In this document: positions 37,364 through 45,884 of the stretch, piece after piece | Layout: each line of letters begins with the position of its first letter | How positions within the stretch are numbered: the stretch's first letter is position 1 | Source: a virus | Lineage: Duplodnaviria; Caudoviricetes | Direction: 5' to 3' (one strand) | Length of the DNA stretch: 51,007 bases | IMG/VR virus record: IMGVR_UViG_3300010376_000045 | Location: 1-51,007 of that record | Made by a program: the position numbers and the translations under genes | The notes under the pieces: model-generated | What the model saw: the letters and a program-made list of their open reading frames with translations, nothing else | What the model was told of the DNA's origin: nothing | The model's database searches: none

Positions 37364-37978
37364 TTAATTCCGGCATATTTTCCTCTCTCGGTCCTGCTTC
37401 CAGTCGACCAGGACCATCTCTAAAGTTTCTTCCCTGCCCATGACCGGCTCGCCGGTCTCGGTCAGTTCCCAGGCCGCCCAAGCGAGAATCGCCTCGATGG
37501 TCTCGGCCTGCGACAGGTCGCAGTTGAAGGTCAGCCGGCGTTTGGGCTCGATGGGGACCTCGGTGCGGACCCGGGCCGCGAAGGTCTTGTAGTCGTCGTT
37601 AATGGCTGCCTCGATGACTTGGGGCGTGACCTTGCGTTTGGCCATCCTGGCCAGCTCGCGCAGGAGTTCCATGTTGCCACGGTCGATCTCGATGAGCTGG
37701 TTATGGGGAACGATGGGGCCCAGCTCCTTGACGATGCGCTTGGCGGCATAGGCCAGAGCCCGCGACTGCGGCAGGGACCGGACCCAGGCGTCGTAGGTCT
37801 GATAGAGGCCTCCGTCGGGGTCGGTGAGGTGTAACCATCCCCGCGTCTCTTCCATGCGCAGCATGAGGCCTCCCAGGGCCAGGAACTGGTGTTTCATGGA
37901 GAGGACCAGGATGCGGACCTCGTGGTCGATCTCCTCGGCTTCGGCCCGGTCGCGATCGGGAGCCAGGGCGGTATTCAT
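37364..37978 (-). CDS. DUF3102-like phage protein
   Basis: FLALGGLMLRMEE...YQTYDAWV..SRALAY pattern. Confidence 0.55.
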   Translation of the reverse strand: MNTALAPDRDRAEAEEIDHEVRILVLSMKHQFLALGGLMLRMEETRGWLHLTDPDGGLYQTYDAWVRSLPQSRALAYAAKRIVKELGPIVPHNQLIEIDRGNMELLRELARMAKRKVTPQVIEAAINDDYKTFAARVRTEVPIEPKRRLTFNCDLSQAETIEAILAWAAWELTETGEPVMGREETLEMVLVDWKQDRERKICRN

Positions 37979-38160
37979 TGCTGGTCTTCCGCGGGCGGGA
38001 TCTTCTCGAGTTCGGCCCCGACGCTTTTGGCCCAGGTGATGACGTTCTCGAAGAGGCGGCCCTCGAAATGGCGGAAGATGGGCGCGGCCTTGACGACCAC
38101 GCCGTTCGAGACTTCGATGCCGCCGCTGGCGTAGCGGGTGGTGATGCGGTAGAGATCCAT
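37975..38160 (-). CDS. Small hypothetical protein
   Basis: SD AGGA; MDLYRITTRYASGGIEV..VVKAAPI. Confidence 0.6.
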   Translation of the reverse strand: MDLYRITTRYASGGIEVSNGVVVKAAPIFRHFEGRLFENVITWAKSVGAELEKIPPAEDQQ

Positions 38161-38176
38161 GGGGGAGGATCCTTTC

Positions 38177-38515
38177 TTAGCCGGTCTTCTTGCGTTGGAA
38201 GCCCAGGACCTCGCCGGCATCGATGCGGGCCTGTATCGAGGCCTTTGAGGCGATGGAACGGCGGCGGGCGGTCAATGATTCCCTCTGCCGTGCGATCGCC
38301 GCCGCGACCTTGGGCGGTAAGGCAATACGGGTAACGCCGGATGCGTCGAGGTGCTCGATGCAGATGGTGTCGCCGTCTTCGTGGCGCAGGGTCTGAACGA
38401 TGAAGGTCTCGCTCTCCCCGGTAAGGTTCTGAACGTTCTTGATGGTGGAGGGTGAAGTCTTCAGCGCGACGTCGAGCAGTCCGCCATAGATGCGATCAAA
38501 TTTGGTTTTATCCAT
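38177..38515 (-). CDS. Hypothetical protein
   Basis: 112 aa; SD GAGGTGG. Confidence 0.65.
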   Translation of the reverse strand: MDKTKFDRIYGGLLDVALKTSPSTIKNVQNLTGESETFIVQTLRHEDGDTICIEHLDASGVTRIALPPKVAAAIARQRESLTARRRSIASKASIQARIDAGEVLGFQRKKTG

Positions 38516-38588
38516 TGGCTAGTTCCACCTCTTAACGAATCGTCTATGGGGGCGAACGTCTACTTTGGATTCTCCGGCTTCGACTAAG

Positions 38589-39224
38589 TCAATTTCGAAC
38601 TGAGCAATAAAAACTAAGTCTGCGATACTCTCGTGCTATAGACTCAAGGGACCCAATGCCTGAGTCGATCGAATCCCCAATCTCCTCTCGAGTGGCTTTT
38701 CTACCCTTGTAATAGAACTCTACTCCAGTAGGTCGTCCCATCTGGATCAGATAACGGCCCATACCATCCGGAAAGACTTCGTACTCGCGTGTGAACCATA
38801 GTAGTGTTACTCCCGGATTGCGTGTAATGGCGAAACCTGGGGCTTTCTCTCTGAGCTTCTGATTGTCTAGGCGCTCATCCTCTCGCCTGACCATGTTGGG
38901 GTTTGAGAGGAAGGGACAGTTTTTCGCAGACCAACGAGCGCAGTCGATATGGCATGGGGGCTCGGACGAAGTACGGTTGATACCACACATCGGACCAGCA
39001 ACAAATACGAAGTGGGTCATTAGCTTGTTACCACATACCCAACAGAGCTTTTGTTGGATGGCTGATGACCACTTTCTTCCACTCATCGCACGGAACTCAG
39101 GTTTGCCGTCTATCCAGTCAACGAACCAGGGAACTACGTAACCACGGTCGTCGATTGGTAGGGCTTGCATTAGCTTAGGTAGTGGTTCAAGTTCAGGACG
39201 TAGAGTGACTGGTGGGGAATTCAT
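38589..39224 (-). CDS. Phage hypothetical protein, C-terminus probably truncated
   Basis: RGYVVPWFV..KPEFR, LCWVCG, EPPCHIDCA..CPFL motifs; lower GC. Confidence 0.7.
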   Translation of the reverse strand: MNSPPVTLRPELEPLPKLMQALPIDDRGYVVPWFVDWIDGKPEFRAMSGRKWSSAIQQKLCWVCGNKLMTHFVFVAGPMCGINRTSSEPPCHIDCARWSAKNCPFLSNPNMVRREDERLDNQKLREKAPGFAITRNPGVTLLWFTREYEVFPDGMGRYLIQMGRPTGVEFYYKGRKATREEIGDSIDSGIGSLESIAREYRRLSFYCSVRN

Positions 39225-39481
39225 GGCTTCCTTTCTTGAGTGGTTTTACCCGTGCCAGCACCTAGATCAACTTGGTGCATGGTCTCAGGATCGTGGTAGG
39301 GTCGGTCGAAGACTTCCGCCTTATCCAAACTATCTCCCAACGCCTTTAGTAGGTTGCCACCATTTTCTACTATCGCTCTCTGCACCCAAACTGCGTCAGG
39401 AGTATAGGTAATGACTAGGTCTATCTTTTGCGTAAGAGTGGGGATGAACTCATTTAACGACTTCACGATTGCTTGACCCAA
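39221..39481 (-). CDS. Hypothetical protein
   Basis: 86 aa; ATGA overlap with the next gene; lower GC. Confidence 0.45.
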   Translation of the reverse strand: MGQAIVKSLNEFIPTLTQKIDLVITYTPDAVWVQRAIVENGGNLLKALGDSLDKAEVFDRPYHDPETMHQVDLGAGTGKTTQERKP

Positions 39482-39497
39482 CTTGATCTTTTTCTTC

Positions 39498-39725
39498 TTA
39501 GCTGATCCAGGCCCAGGTGCGCCGGCAGCGGATCTGGGAGATCGTGGATTCGGTGACGCTGTACATGTCGGCCAGCTCCGCCCCGGAGAGTTTTGACTTG
39601 CGGATGAAGCGGACCGCTTCGGCGTTGATGCGGTGCCCCGACTTGGTGATCCCGCCCAGCCGGCCCAGGATGACCGCGGCGGGGTTCTTCTGGCGGATGC
39701 GGGTGACGACCTTCCTGCGCGACAT
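39498..39725 (-). CDS. Small HTH DNA-binding protein
   Basis: KNPAAVILGRLGG motif fused to AELADMYSVTESTISQIR..RTW HTH. Confidence 0.65.
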   Translation of the reverse strand: MSRRKVVTRIRQKNPAAVILGRLGGITKSGHRINAEAVRFIRKSKLSGAELADMYSVTESTISQIRCRRTWAWIS

Positions 39726-39920
39726 CTAGCGTCTCCTCAGCAAAGAGATCAGGACCCAAACGAAGAGCCCCAATCCGACGATGCCGGCCTCAACGATAGC
39801 GGCGTGAACGAGGCCGATGAAGACGCCAAAGCGATCCTTGCCGGTAATGGTCAGCGGCATTTCCAGGATTTTCATAAATGACTCCCAAAAATTGCGGGTA
39901 TCGCGTTTGGGGCGGGCCCC

Positions 39921-40385
39921 CTAAAATGGCACATCTTCTTCGGTGAACTCGGTTCCCATCAGTTCCTCGGTGAGGGTCTTGTGGACCGGGGGCGGAGCCG
40001 CGGTGACGGTCGGTTGCGGGACGTAGCTCGAGCCGGCCTGGGTGAGCTTCTCTGGCCACTCGCTTAAGAGGATCCACTCGCGGACGATGATCTCGGTATG
40101 GTATTGGGTGATGCCGTTTTTCTCCCAGGAGCGGGTCTGGAGTTTACCCTCGACGTGCAGCTTCGCACCCTTCTTGATGTAGTCGCGGGCGAACTCGGCC
40201 TGCTTGCCGTAGGCAGCCAGCGAGTGCCATTCGGTGCGGTCCTGCCAGTTGCCCTGCGGGTCCTTATAGCGTTCTGAGGTGGCCAGCGAGACCGTGGCTA
40301 CGATGGCTCCGTTGGTCGTGAATCGAATCTCAGCATCACGACCGCAGGAGCCCAGCAGGAAGACCTTGTTGATCGATTTCGACAT
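39921..40385 (-). CDS. ssb: Single-stranded DNA-binding protein
   Basis: SINKVFLLG..GRDAE, DRTEWH, VEGKLQTRSW; acidic tail EDVPF. Confidence 0.97.
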   Translation of the reverse strand: MSKSINKVFLLGSCGRDAEIRFTTNGAIVATVSLATSERYKDPQGNWQDRTEWHSLAAYGKQAEFARDYIKKGAKLHVEGKLQTRSWEKNGITQYHTEIIVREWILLSEWPEKLTQAGSSYVPQPTVTAAPPPVHKTLTEELMGTEFTEEDVPF

Positions 40386-40994
40386 TTAAGCTTCCTCCAT
40401 CTCGAGGGTGGGAGTTACGTCGTACCCGGGCAGGTATACGTTGCAGAAATCGCGGCAGTCATGCGCCAGCCGGGTGCAGTCCGCGGTAAGCGCCGGATAT
40501 CTGTATTGCTCCAGGATGTGCATGCCGAAGACTTGATAGACCTGCCGGTCGACCTCTTCCATCTCGAAGACATGCCAGAGGAAGCGATCGCAATCGAAGA
40601 TGTCCAGGTATAGACGCCATTGGTAGCCGTGCAGGTATCGCTCGGCGTCGAACGACGAGGTCGACTTGTGATCGCAGATCAGCCGCCCCTGGTGGGCGTC
40701 GACCTTGCCGGTGACCGCAATTCCGCCGTAATCCTTTGTGCCCCGGAACTCTCTAATTTCGGGCAGGAAGAGCTGGAAGTTGCCGGAGAAGGTGAACGTG
40801 TACCCGTCAGCCTCCAATCGCTCTACGGAGCCCTGGAAGGCCTTCTCGAGGCACTTATGGAAAGCAGATCCTCGGGCCATAGCGGGAGTCTCTTCTCGGT
40901 TGGTCAATTCGTTTAATAACCAACCTAAGTCGCTTTCAGGTTCCTCAACCCAGGCGCGGTAAGTGTCCAATTGTGAGACCCGAAGTGTTAGCAT
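40386..40994 (-). CDS. PD-(D/E)XK exonuclease-like protein
   Basis: AMARGSAFH, VTGKVDA..ICDHKST, YQWRLYL. Confidence 0.8.
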   Translation of the reverse strand: MLTLRVSQLDTYRAWVEEPESDLGWLLNELTNREETPAMARGSAFHKCLEKAFQGSVERLEADGYTFTFSGNFQLFLPEIREFRGTKDYGGIAVTGKVDAHQGRLICDHKSTSSFDAERYLHGYQWRLYLDIFDCDRFLWHVFEMEEVDRQVYQVFGMHILEQYRYPALTADCTRLAHDCRDFCNVYLPGYDVTPTLEMEEA

Positions 40995-41472
40995 CCCGCT
41001 TGACTCCTTTCTTCAGGTTTCGGTGGTGCTCGTTGTGGTGCTTGGCGCAAAGCCAGACGACATCGAACGGTTTCGAGTAGTCGCCGTGGTGCGCCTGGGT
41101 GATGGGATTCCCGCATTTGGCGCAGGGCTGCGGTTTGAAGGTGGGATCGCTTCGCCGACGGTAGTTCAGCAGGTATTGCGCGTAACGCTTTTCTGGGTTC
41201 TTTTCTTTCCAGCGGCGGTTCTTTTCCTTGGCTACAGCTCTGCCGCGATCCGAGCGGTTGTATTCGGCATGTGCCAGGACCCGCTTCGGATCTGTGTTGC
41301 GAGCTTGGTCGTAGTCGCGATAGTGCTCAATGTTTGTCAGACGATTCTGGCGAACGATCCGCCGGGTGCAGTCGATGCATTTGGCGAGGTGGCCATTGGC
41401 TGTACGCCAATCCCGATAGAACGCATCAAGTGGCCTGGCCCGTTTGCAGGCGCCACAGATTTTCTCTGCCAT
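40945..41472 (-). CDS. HNH-type endonuclease
   Basis: KICGACK..CIDC N-terminus; PCAKCG...QAHHGDYSKPFDVVWLCAKHH. Confidence 0.8.
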   Translation of the reverse strand: MAEKICGACKRARPLDAFYRDWRTANGHLAKCIDCTRRIVRQNRLTNIEHYRDYDQARNTDPKRVLAHAEYNRSDRGRAVAKEKNRRWKEKNPEKRYAQYLLNYRRRSDPTFKPQPCAKCGNPITQAHHGDYSKPFDVVWLCAKHHNEHHRNLKKGVKRDANTSGLTIGHLPRLG

Positions 41473-41474
41473 GG

Positions 41475-42365
41475 CTAGGCCGCCTTTTGGACATAGAGTC
41501 CCTTTTCTTTGTCGAAGACGTAGCCTAGCTTCTTAGCCCGGGCGGCCAGGGCGGCCTGGACGGTTTTGGCGGCCTTCTTGACCTCGGGGATCATGCGGTT
41601 GATGGAGTCGACGGTCTCCGCCTCCCGGATGGCTACCGTCCAGTCCGAGGCCTCGGCCTGAGCCTGATGGGATTCCTTGGTGAGGGTGTTGATGGCCCGC
41701 TTGATGTCCTTGATGACGACCTCGAGGAAGTCGGGGCAGCTCTTGGGGTGGGGAAAAGTCAACTCCGGGAACTGGGCAGGGTTCTTGCCGAAGCCCCCTT
41801 CGCGGGGGTCGAACGACAGGACCCGCTCCTTGCCGCGCATGAGGATCCGACACATGGCGTCGGAAGACTTGTAGATCTCGTTGCGGCTGGCCCCCTGGGC
41901 GTCGATGCGCTCGATGAGGTCGTCGCCGTTCCGCTCTTCGGACATGTGGCAGATGAGGATGATGTCCTTGCCGAAGGACTTGAGCAAGTTCATCCACGCC
42001 AGGAAGCGGGCCTTGAGTTCTCCGAAGCCCTGGAGAGAGAGCGCCCCCGAGCCGCGGCCATGCTTGGGGTTCTTCGAGATGATGTCGATCGACAGCATGT
42101 CCAAGGCCCGACCCGCGGTGTCCACAATAACCGTGTCGCAGGGCTGGAAGTCCGCGGCGGTCATTTGGTCGACTTCGGCCCAGGACTTGGGGCGGACGGT
42201 GGCCTTGCGGCCATAGGCGCGATGAGCGCCGGCGTCGAAGTCGAGCAGGATGGGTTTGGAGGCCGTGAACCCCAGGCTGGATTTCCCCAGGCCCGGGGCG
42301 GCATAGACACACAGCACTATTTGTTCCACCACCAGGGGGTCGGTGGCGCGGATGATGGTAAGCAT
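41475..42365 (-). CDS. AAA_24 P-loop ATPase (Sak4-like recombinase)
   Basis: Walker A YAAPGLGKS, LLDFDAG, TVIVDT, ILICH; clustered with the nuclease and SSB genes. Confidence 0.8.
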   Translation of the reverse strand: MLTIIRATDPLVVEQIVLCVYAAPGLGKSSLGFTASKPILLDFDAGAHRAYGRKATVRPKSWAEVDQMTAADFQPCDTVIVDTAGRALDMLSIDIISKNPKHGRGSGALSLQGFGELKARFLAWMNLLKSFGKDIILICHMSEERNGDDLIERIDAQGASRNEIYKSSDAMCRILMRGKERVLSFDPREGGFGKNPAQFPELTFPHPKSCPDFLEVVIKDIKRAINTLTKESHQAQAEASDWTVAIREAETVDSINRMIPEVKKAAKTVQAALAARAKKLGYVFDKEKGLYVQKAA

Positions 42366-42372
42366 GGAGACA

Positions 42373-42642
42373 CTACTCCTTGGCTGAAGATTTCTTCTTG
42401 ACCGGTTTCTTCACCAGATGGAGCGATGCCCGCTGTTGCTTGATGGCGCTAGCTTTGCTGAGGAGCACACTGATGACTTTGTTAGCCTTCGCCGAAGGCT
42501 GGCCCTGCTCGTTCATGCTGAGCATAGCCCCCATAGCCATGGCGAGGTACACGAGTTGGGAGGTGCGGCTGTCGTTACGCATAACCGGGCGTAGAAAGTG
42601 AATCCATCGTTCTATTTCTTCCTCGATCGGATCTTTTTTCAT
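42373..42642 (-). CDS. Hypothetical protein
   Basis: 89 aa; first gene downstream of the leftward promoter. Confidence 0.5.
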   Translation of the reverse strand: MKKDPIEEEIERWIHFLRPVMRNDSRTSQLVYLAMAMGAMLSMNEQGQPSAKANKVISVLLSKASAIKQQRASLHLVKKPVKKKSSAKE

Positions 42643-42697
42643 TTTGCGGGGTGTGTTCTAGTTTTTTCATACGAGCACACAGGAACTCGTTCGGATT

Positions 42698-42747
42698 ACA
42701 GTAACGCCACTTGATACACAGGTCAAGAAGAATTGAGACCGTCTCAG
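42698..42747 (-). promoter_or_regulatory. Leftward promoter with adjacent operator
   Basis: Minus strand CTGAGACGGTCTCAATT (42747-42731), then TTGACC-17 bp-TACTGT. Confidence 0.6.
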
Positions 42748-42799
42748 TAGCTTATTTTCCTGAATAGAGTAGTAACACTACTTAAATTACTTCGGGCAC

Positions 42800-42833
42800 G
42801 AAAAAGCATGCCCCGCCGATTATAGGCGGGCAG
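42800..42833 (-). terminator. Terminator for leftward genes
   Basis: Minus strand GCCCGCC TATAATC GGCGGGGC followed by ATGCTTTTT. Confidence 0.45.
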
Positions 42834-42856
42834 CTAATTCTAGGGTATTCACTAGG

Positions 42857-43090
42857 TTACGTAGTCCGGGTCACAAGCACAGCGACTAAAGGCAAGTGCC
42901 CCTCGCGCACCAGGAGCCACTTCTGGTAGGTGTATTTCCGCCCTTCTAGGCTGGGCGTCGAGGTCAGCACCGAGGTGATGCGGTTCAGGGTTTCCTGGAG
43001 GGTAGCCTGCACCAGGAAGAGGGTCTGCTCGCCAATGGCGAGGTAGTAGAGGCGGGAAGCCACAGAGGGCTTGGGATGGGGTCGAGTCAC
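42857..43090 (-). CDS. Hypothetical protein
   Basis: SD AGGAG and GTG 43090. Confidence 0.5.
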   Translation of the reverse strand: MTRPHPKPSVASRLYYLAIGEQTLFLVQATLQETLNRITSVLTSTPSLEGRKYTYQKWLLVREGHLPLVAVLVTRTT

Positions 43091-43137
43091 GTTCGTTTCT
43101 CCTGGGGTTAGTAGCCCCTTGGGTGGATGGGTTGAGG

Positions 43138-43317
43138 TCAGGCCCTGGATTTGGGCACGTAGGGCACGAAGCGCTGGCAGGGGCAGGAATTCCCGCAGCC
43201 CCCGCCATCCTGGCAGGCGGGCGTGTGTTCCCGGCGCGGATGGCCGTAGTTGCGGCACGGGTCTTCTGGCTGGGCAGCCGCGGGCGTGAATGGAACAACT
43301 TTAGCCGTAGTTTTCAT
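43138..43317 (-). CDS. Small Cys-rich protein (59 aa, absent from the ORF track)
   Basis: SD AGGAG; C..YGHPRREH..C...C..SCPCQRF. Confidence 0.55.
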   Translation of the reverse strand: MKTTAKVVPFTPAAAQPEDPCRNYGHPRREHTPACQDGGGCGNSCPCQRFVPYVPKSRA

Positions 43318-43400
43318 TTGGGTTTCTCCTGCGCACTAGTGGGTGCGCTGACCTGTCATCTTCAGTTGAGGGTGGTCAATCCCCCGTCTGCGGGAGTGGC

Positions 43401-43480
43401 GAGGAGCGGAGACTGCGGGTTCGATTCCTAGAGCCGCGCATGTCGGACGGGACGGTGCTCTGCCATTAAACTAATGGGGC
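43401..43480. pseudogene. Scrambled tRNA fragments
   Basis: Plus-strand T-arm GACTGCGGGTTCGATTCC; minus-strand 5' half GCCCCATTAGTTTAATGGCAGAGCACCG; no intact cloverleaf. Confidence 0.5.
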
Positions 43481-44115
43481 GTATTGTGGCCATACCTTAC
43501 AAGCTTGCTTCGCGGAATGCTTGTGGCTTTTCGTCGGATGTCATAACGTCTCCTCCCAGTCGGCGTCAGTCAAGTCCAACGTCGGCTGGTGCGCGTTGAT
43601 CATGCGCGTGCGTCGTGTTGTTAAAGGCATTCTAATTCAGTAGCGCTACTACTCAAAGGAAAATAACTGTGGATATTCCAAGCCAAAGTACCCAATAAAT
43701 GATTACTGATTTATTGGACTCCATAGAAGAAACGGCAGGAATTGAGACCCACTCAATTACTCCCCCGTCCATCCGTCCATCAAGGTCCATCAAGGTCTTT
43801 TAAGGCTTCGGAAATTCTCAGGAGTATCAGAGGGCCCCGCATGCGGCAGCGAATCGCTACAGGGGCCCGCAGAGGGCCCGCGGCAGGCATTTTGTGGTTG
43901 TCTCTTGTTTTCGGGGTTATGGACCTTATTTGGGACCCTCAAGCATCTAACGTCTTTAGAATCTAGAGACCACCTAATGATACGGGATTCTTACGCTACT
44001 CTCCGCGGCATGCGATCGCTTGCTAAATCCTTTGTACTGGTACCGATCGGTTAGTTGTCCCTATAGCAGTTCGTCATAGTCTCAGACTGGTTTTTTTCGA
44101 GGGCCCTGGGGCCAG

Positions 44116-44132
44116 CTGAGACGGTCTCAATT
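44116..44132 (+). promoter_or_regulatory. Putative operator CTGAGACGGTCTCAATT
   Basis: Exact reverse complement of 42731-42747; upstream of the rightward accessory operon. Confidence 0.65.
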
Positions 44133-44231
44133 AGGTGTGCACAAGTGAATTAAAAAGGTGGACTATTATCGAGGAGCTGTGATATATGCACCTTTACGGT
44201 GCACGATTGCGGTGCTAAAAAGGTGCATATT

Positions 44232-44582
44232 ATGGAAATTCTGCACTGCAAAAGATGTGGCTCCGACTGGTGTTATCGCGCCTTTGGCCCCATTGCGCGT
44301 TGTAGCCGCTGCAAGAGCCCTTACTGGAACCAGGAGCGGGTATTTCCGCTACGTGGTCCGCGGAAGGAGATCCATGGACGATCAGTGCCGGAAGTGCGGG
44401 GCGGTACAGAAGGGCATGCCGGCCCGGTGCCGGAAGTGCAAATCCAGAACGTGGTACCAGCCGGTGGTACCAGTACCAGTCGAAGTGGTACCGGAACCAG
44501 AAAACGTGGCATTGGTACCACCGCAAATGGTACCAGTACCAGAGCCAGTACCACCGACACCGGACTCTCAGCACCACACTAG
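44232..44582 (+). CDS. Zinc-ribbon protein
   Basis: HCKRCGSDWCYR...RCSRCKSPYWN; same pattern as 3961-4191. Confidence 0.55.
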   Translation: MEILHCKRCGSDWCYRAFGPIARCSRCKSPYWNQERVFPLRGPRKEIHGRSVPEVRGGTEGHAGPVPEVQIQNVVPAGGTSTSRSGTGTRKRGIGTTANGTSTRASTTDTGLSAPH

Positions 44583-44727
44583 GGCGTGGCGGGACCGGCA
44601 GGCTGACAAGATCCGCAAGAAGCCGGGCATGCCTCCCCTGGAAGAGTTTCTCCGTCAGGAGGCCGCCGAGCTTGAAGAGAAGAGGAAACGCTTCGCGGTA
44701 GCTAAGTATGCCACACTCGCGATCTGA
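44374..44727 (+). CDS. Zinc-ribbon protein with Pro/Val linker
   Basis: SD AAGGAG; QCRKCG...PARCRKCKSRTW. Confidence 0.6.
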   Translation: MDDQCRKCGAVQKGMPARCRKCKSRTWYQPVVPVPVEVVPEPENVALVPPQMVPVPEPVPPTPDSQHHTRAWRDRQADKIRKKPGMPPLEEFLRQEAAELEEKRKRFAVAKYATLAI

Positions 44728-44785
44728 TCACAAAGATCTGGGAACGGATTAGAGAAAGCCAGAAACTGCTGGCGGAGAGAAAGCC

Positions 44786-45031
44786 ATGATCGACAAAGAG
44801 TGGAAGAGCTACGTTAAGACCGTCTTCGGCGAGCACCTCGACCTGATCTATCCCGATCAGTACATCGACCTGCGCCGGACCTTCTATGCCGGAGCCCAAG
44901 CGGTGCTGGCTTCGATCATGACCCAACTTTCGCCGGCGGGGGCGTCCATGGAACTGGATATCGAAATGCTCCGCGGGGTGATGAAGGAACTGAATACCTT
45001 CGGGAAAGATGTACGCATCGGGAAAGCATAA
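44786..45031 (+). CDS. Phage hypothetical protein (RRxFYAGA motif)
   Basis: QYIDLRRTFYAGAQAVLASIM; resembles the shattered gene at 47626-47967. Confidence 0.7.
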   Translation: MIDKEWKSYVKTVFGEHLDLIYPDQYIDLRRTFYAGAQAVLASIMTQLSPAGASMELDIEMLRGVMKELNTFGKDVRIGKA

Positions 45032-45354
45032 TGGATCAACTCAAGTTTGAGTTCGATCTCGAGGAAGGTCGGCGACGAAAGGAAGAGGGTATCGACCTCG
45101 CGGCATATAACCGCTCCGAGAGCTTGGCCATCGCTGTGGACTGCGCCATTGATATCGCCCACCGTGAGGGCACGGTTCATATGGACCTCGTGCGCAAGGA
45201 AATGAATCGTCGCGGGGTCGATGATGACCCCCTGGGCCCTGCCGCCGGAGCCGTGTTCCGCAAGTATTTCGAGCCCACTGGGCTCTGGACCAAATCCGCC
45301 CGGGTCACCAACCACGCTTCGGATCTGCGCGTGTGGAGACTGAAAGGAAACTAA
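45031..45354 (+). CDS. Phage hypothetical protein
   Basis: 107 aa; TAATG overlap. Confidence 0.7.
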   Translation: MDQLKFEFDLEEGRRRKEEGIDLAAYNRSESLAIAVDCAIDIAHREGTVHMDLVRKEMNRRGVDDDPLGPAAGAVFRKYFEPTGLWTKSARVTNHASDLRVWRLKGN

Positions 45355-45633
45355 GCATGTTTGTGGTGGACATGGACTCCATTCTCGACGCCATCATCGC
45401 CGACCACCACTTCTTCGCCACTTCCCTCATCCGTTCCAAGCTCGCTGAGGTGGCCGCCGAGCATCTCAAGTGAGAACTCAACAGCGACACCGAATCGCAG
45501 CCGCCTTCGACTTATATCACCGCCTGCGTGCTGATCTCGCTGTTAAGAGAAATCATCCAATACCGTGACCAGTACGGATTACTCGAGCCGGCTTATTGCT
45601 ACGTCCACAAATTCGCCCCGGAAGGAAATGAAC

Positions 45634-45882
45634 ATGAGCAAGCTGGAACTGAAAGGCCACAAGAAGAACCACGACCACCATCCCCAAACCCAGATCACAA
45701 GGTCCGAACCAGCACCCACAACAATTGAAGCTCCGGTGGCGGTCATGAACAACGATCAGCTCCGGGCCCCCACTCCGGAAGAGATCCACGCCGCCTGGGA
45801 GAAGATCGAGTCCTATGTGCCCAAGACCGAGGAGGCCCTGGGCGAGGTCCTGGAGGCCTTCCTCGAGGGTCGGAGGGGATAA
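45634..45882 (+). CDS. Hypothetical protein
   Basis: SD AAGGA upstream; ORF open from 45565. Confidence 0.5.
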   Translation: MSKLELKGHKKNHDHHPQTQITRSEPAPTTIEAPVAVMNNDQLRAPTPEEIHAAWEKIESYVPKTEEALGEVLEAFLEGRRG

Positions 45883-45884
45883 GT

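Noticed and set aside
37278-37481. 68-aa N-terminal extension of the integrase in the ORF track
   Set aside because: It overlaps the upstream gene and the repeat sites; an SD supports ATG 37277
43401-43480. Functional tRNA gene
   Set aside because: The halves are on opposite strands and the stems do not close
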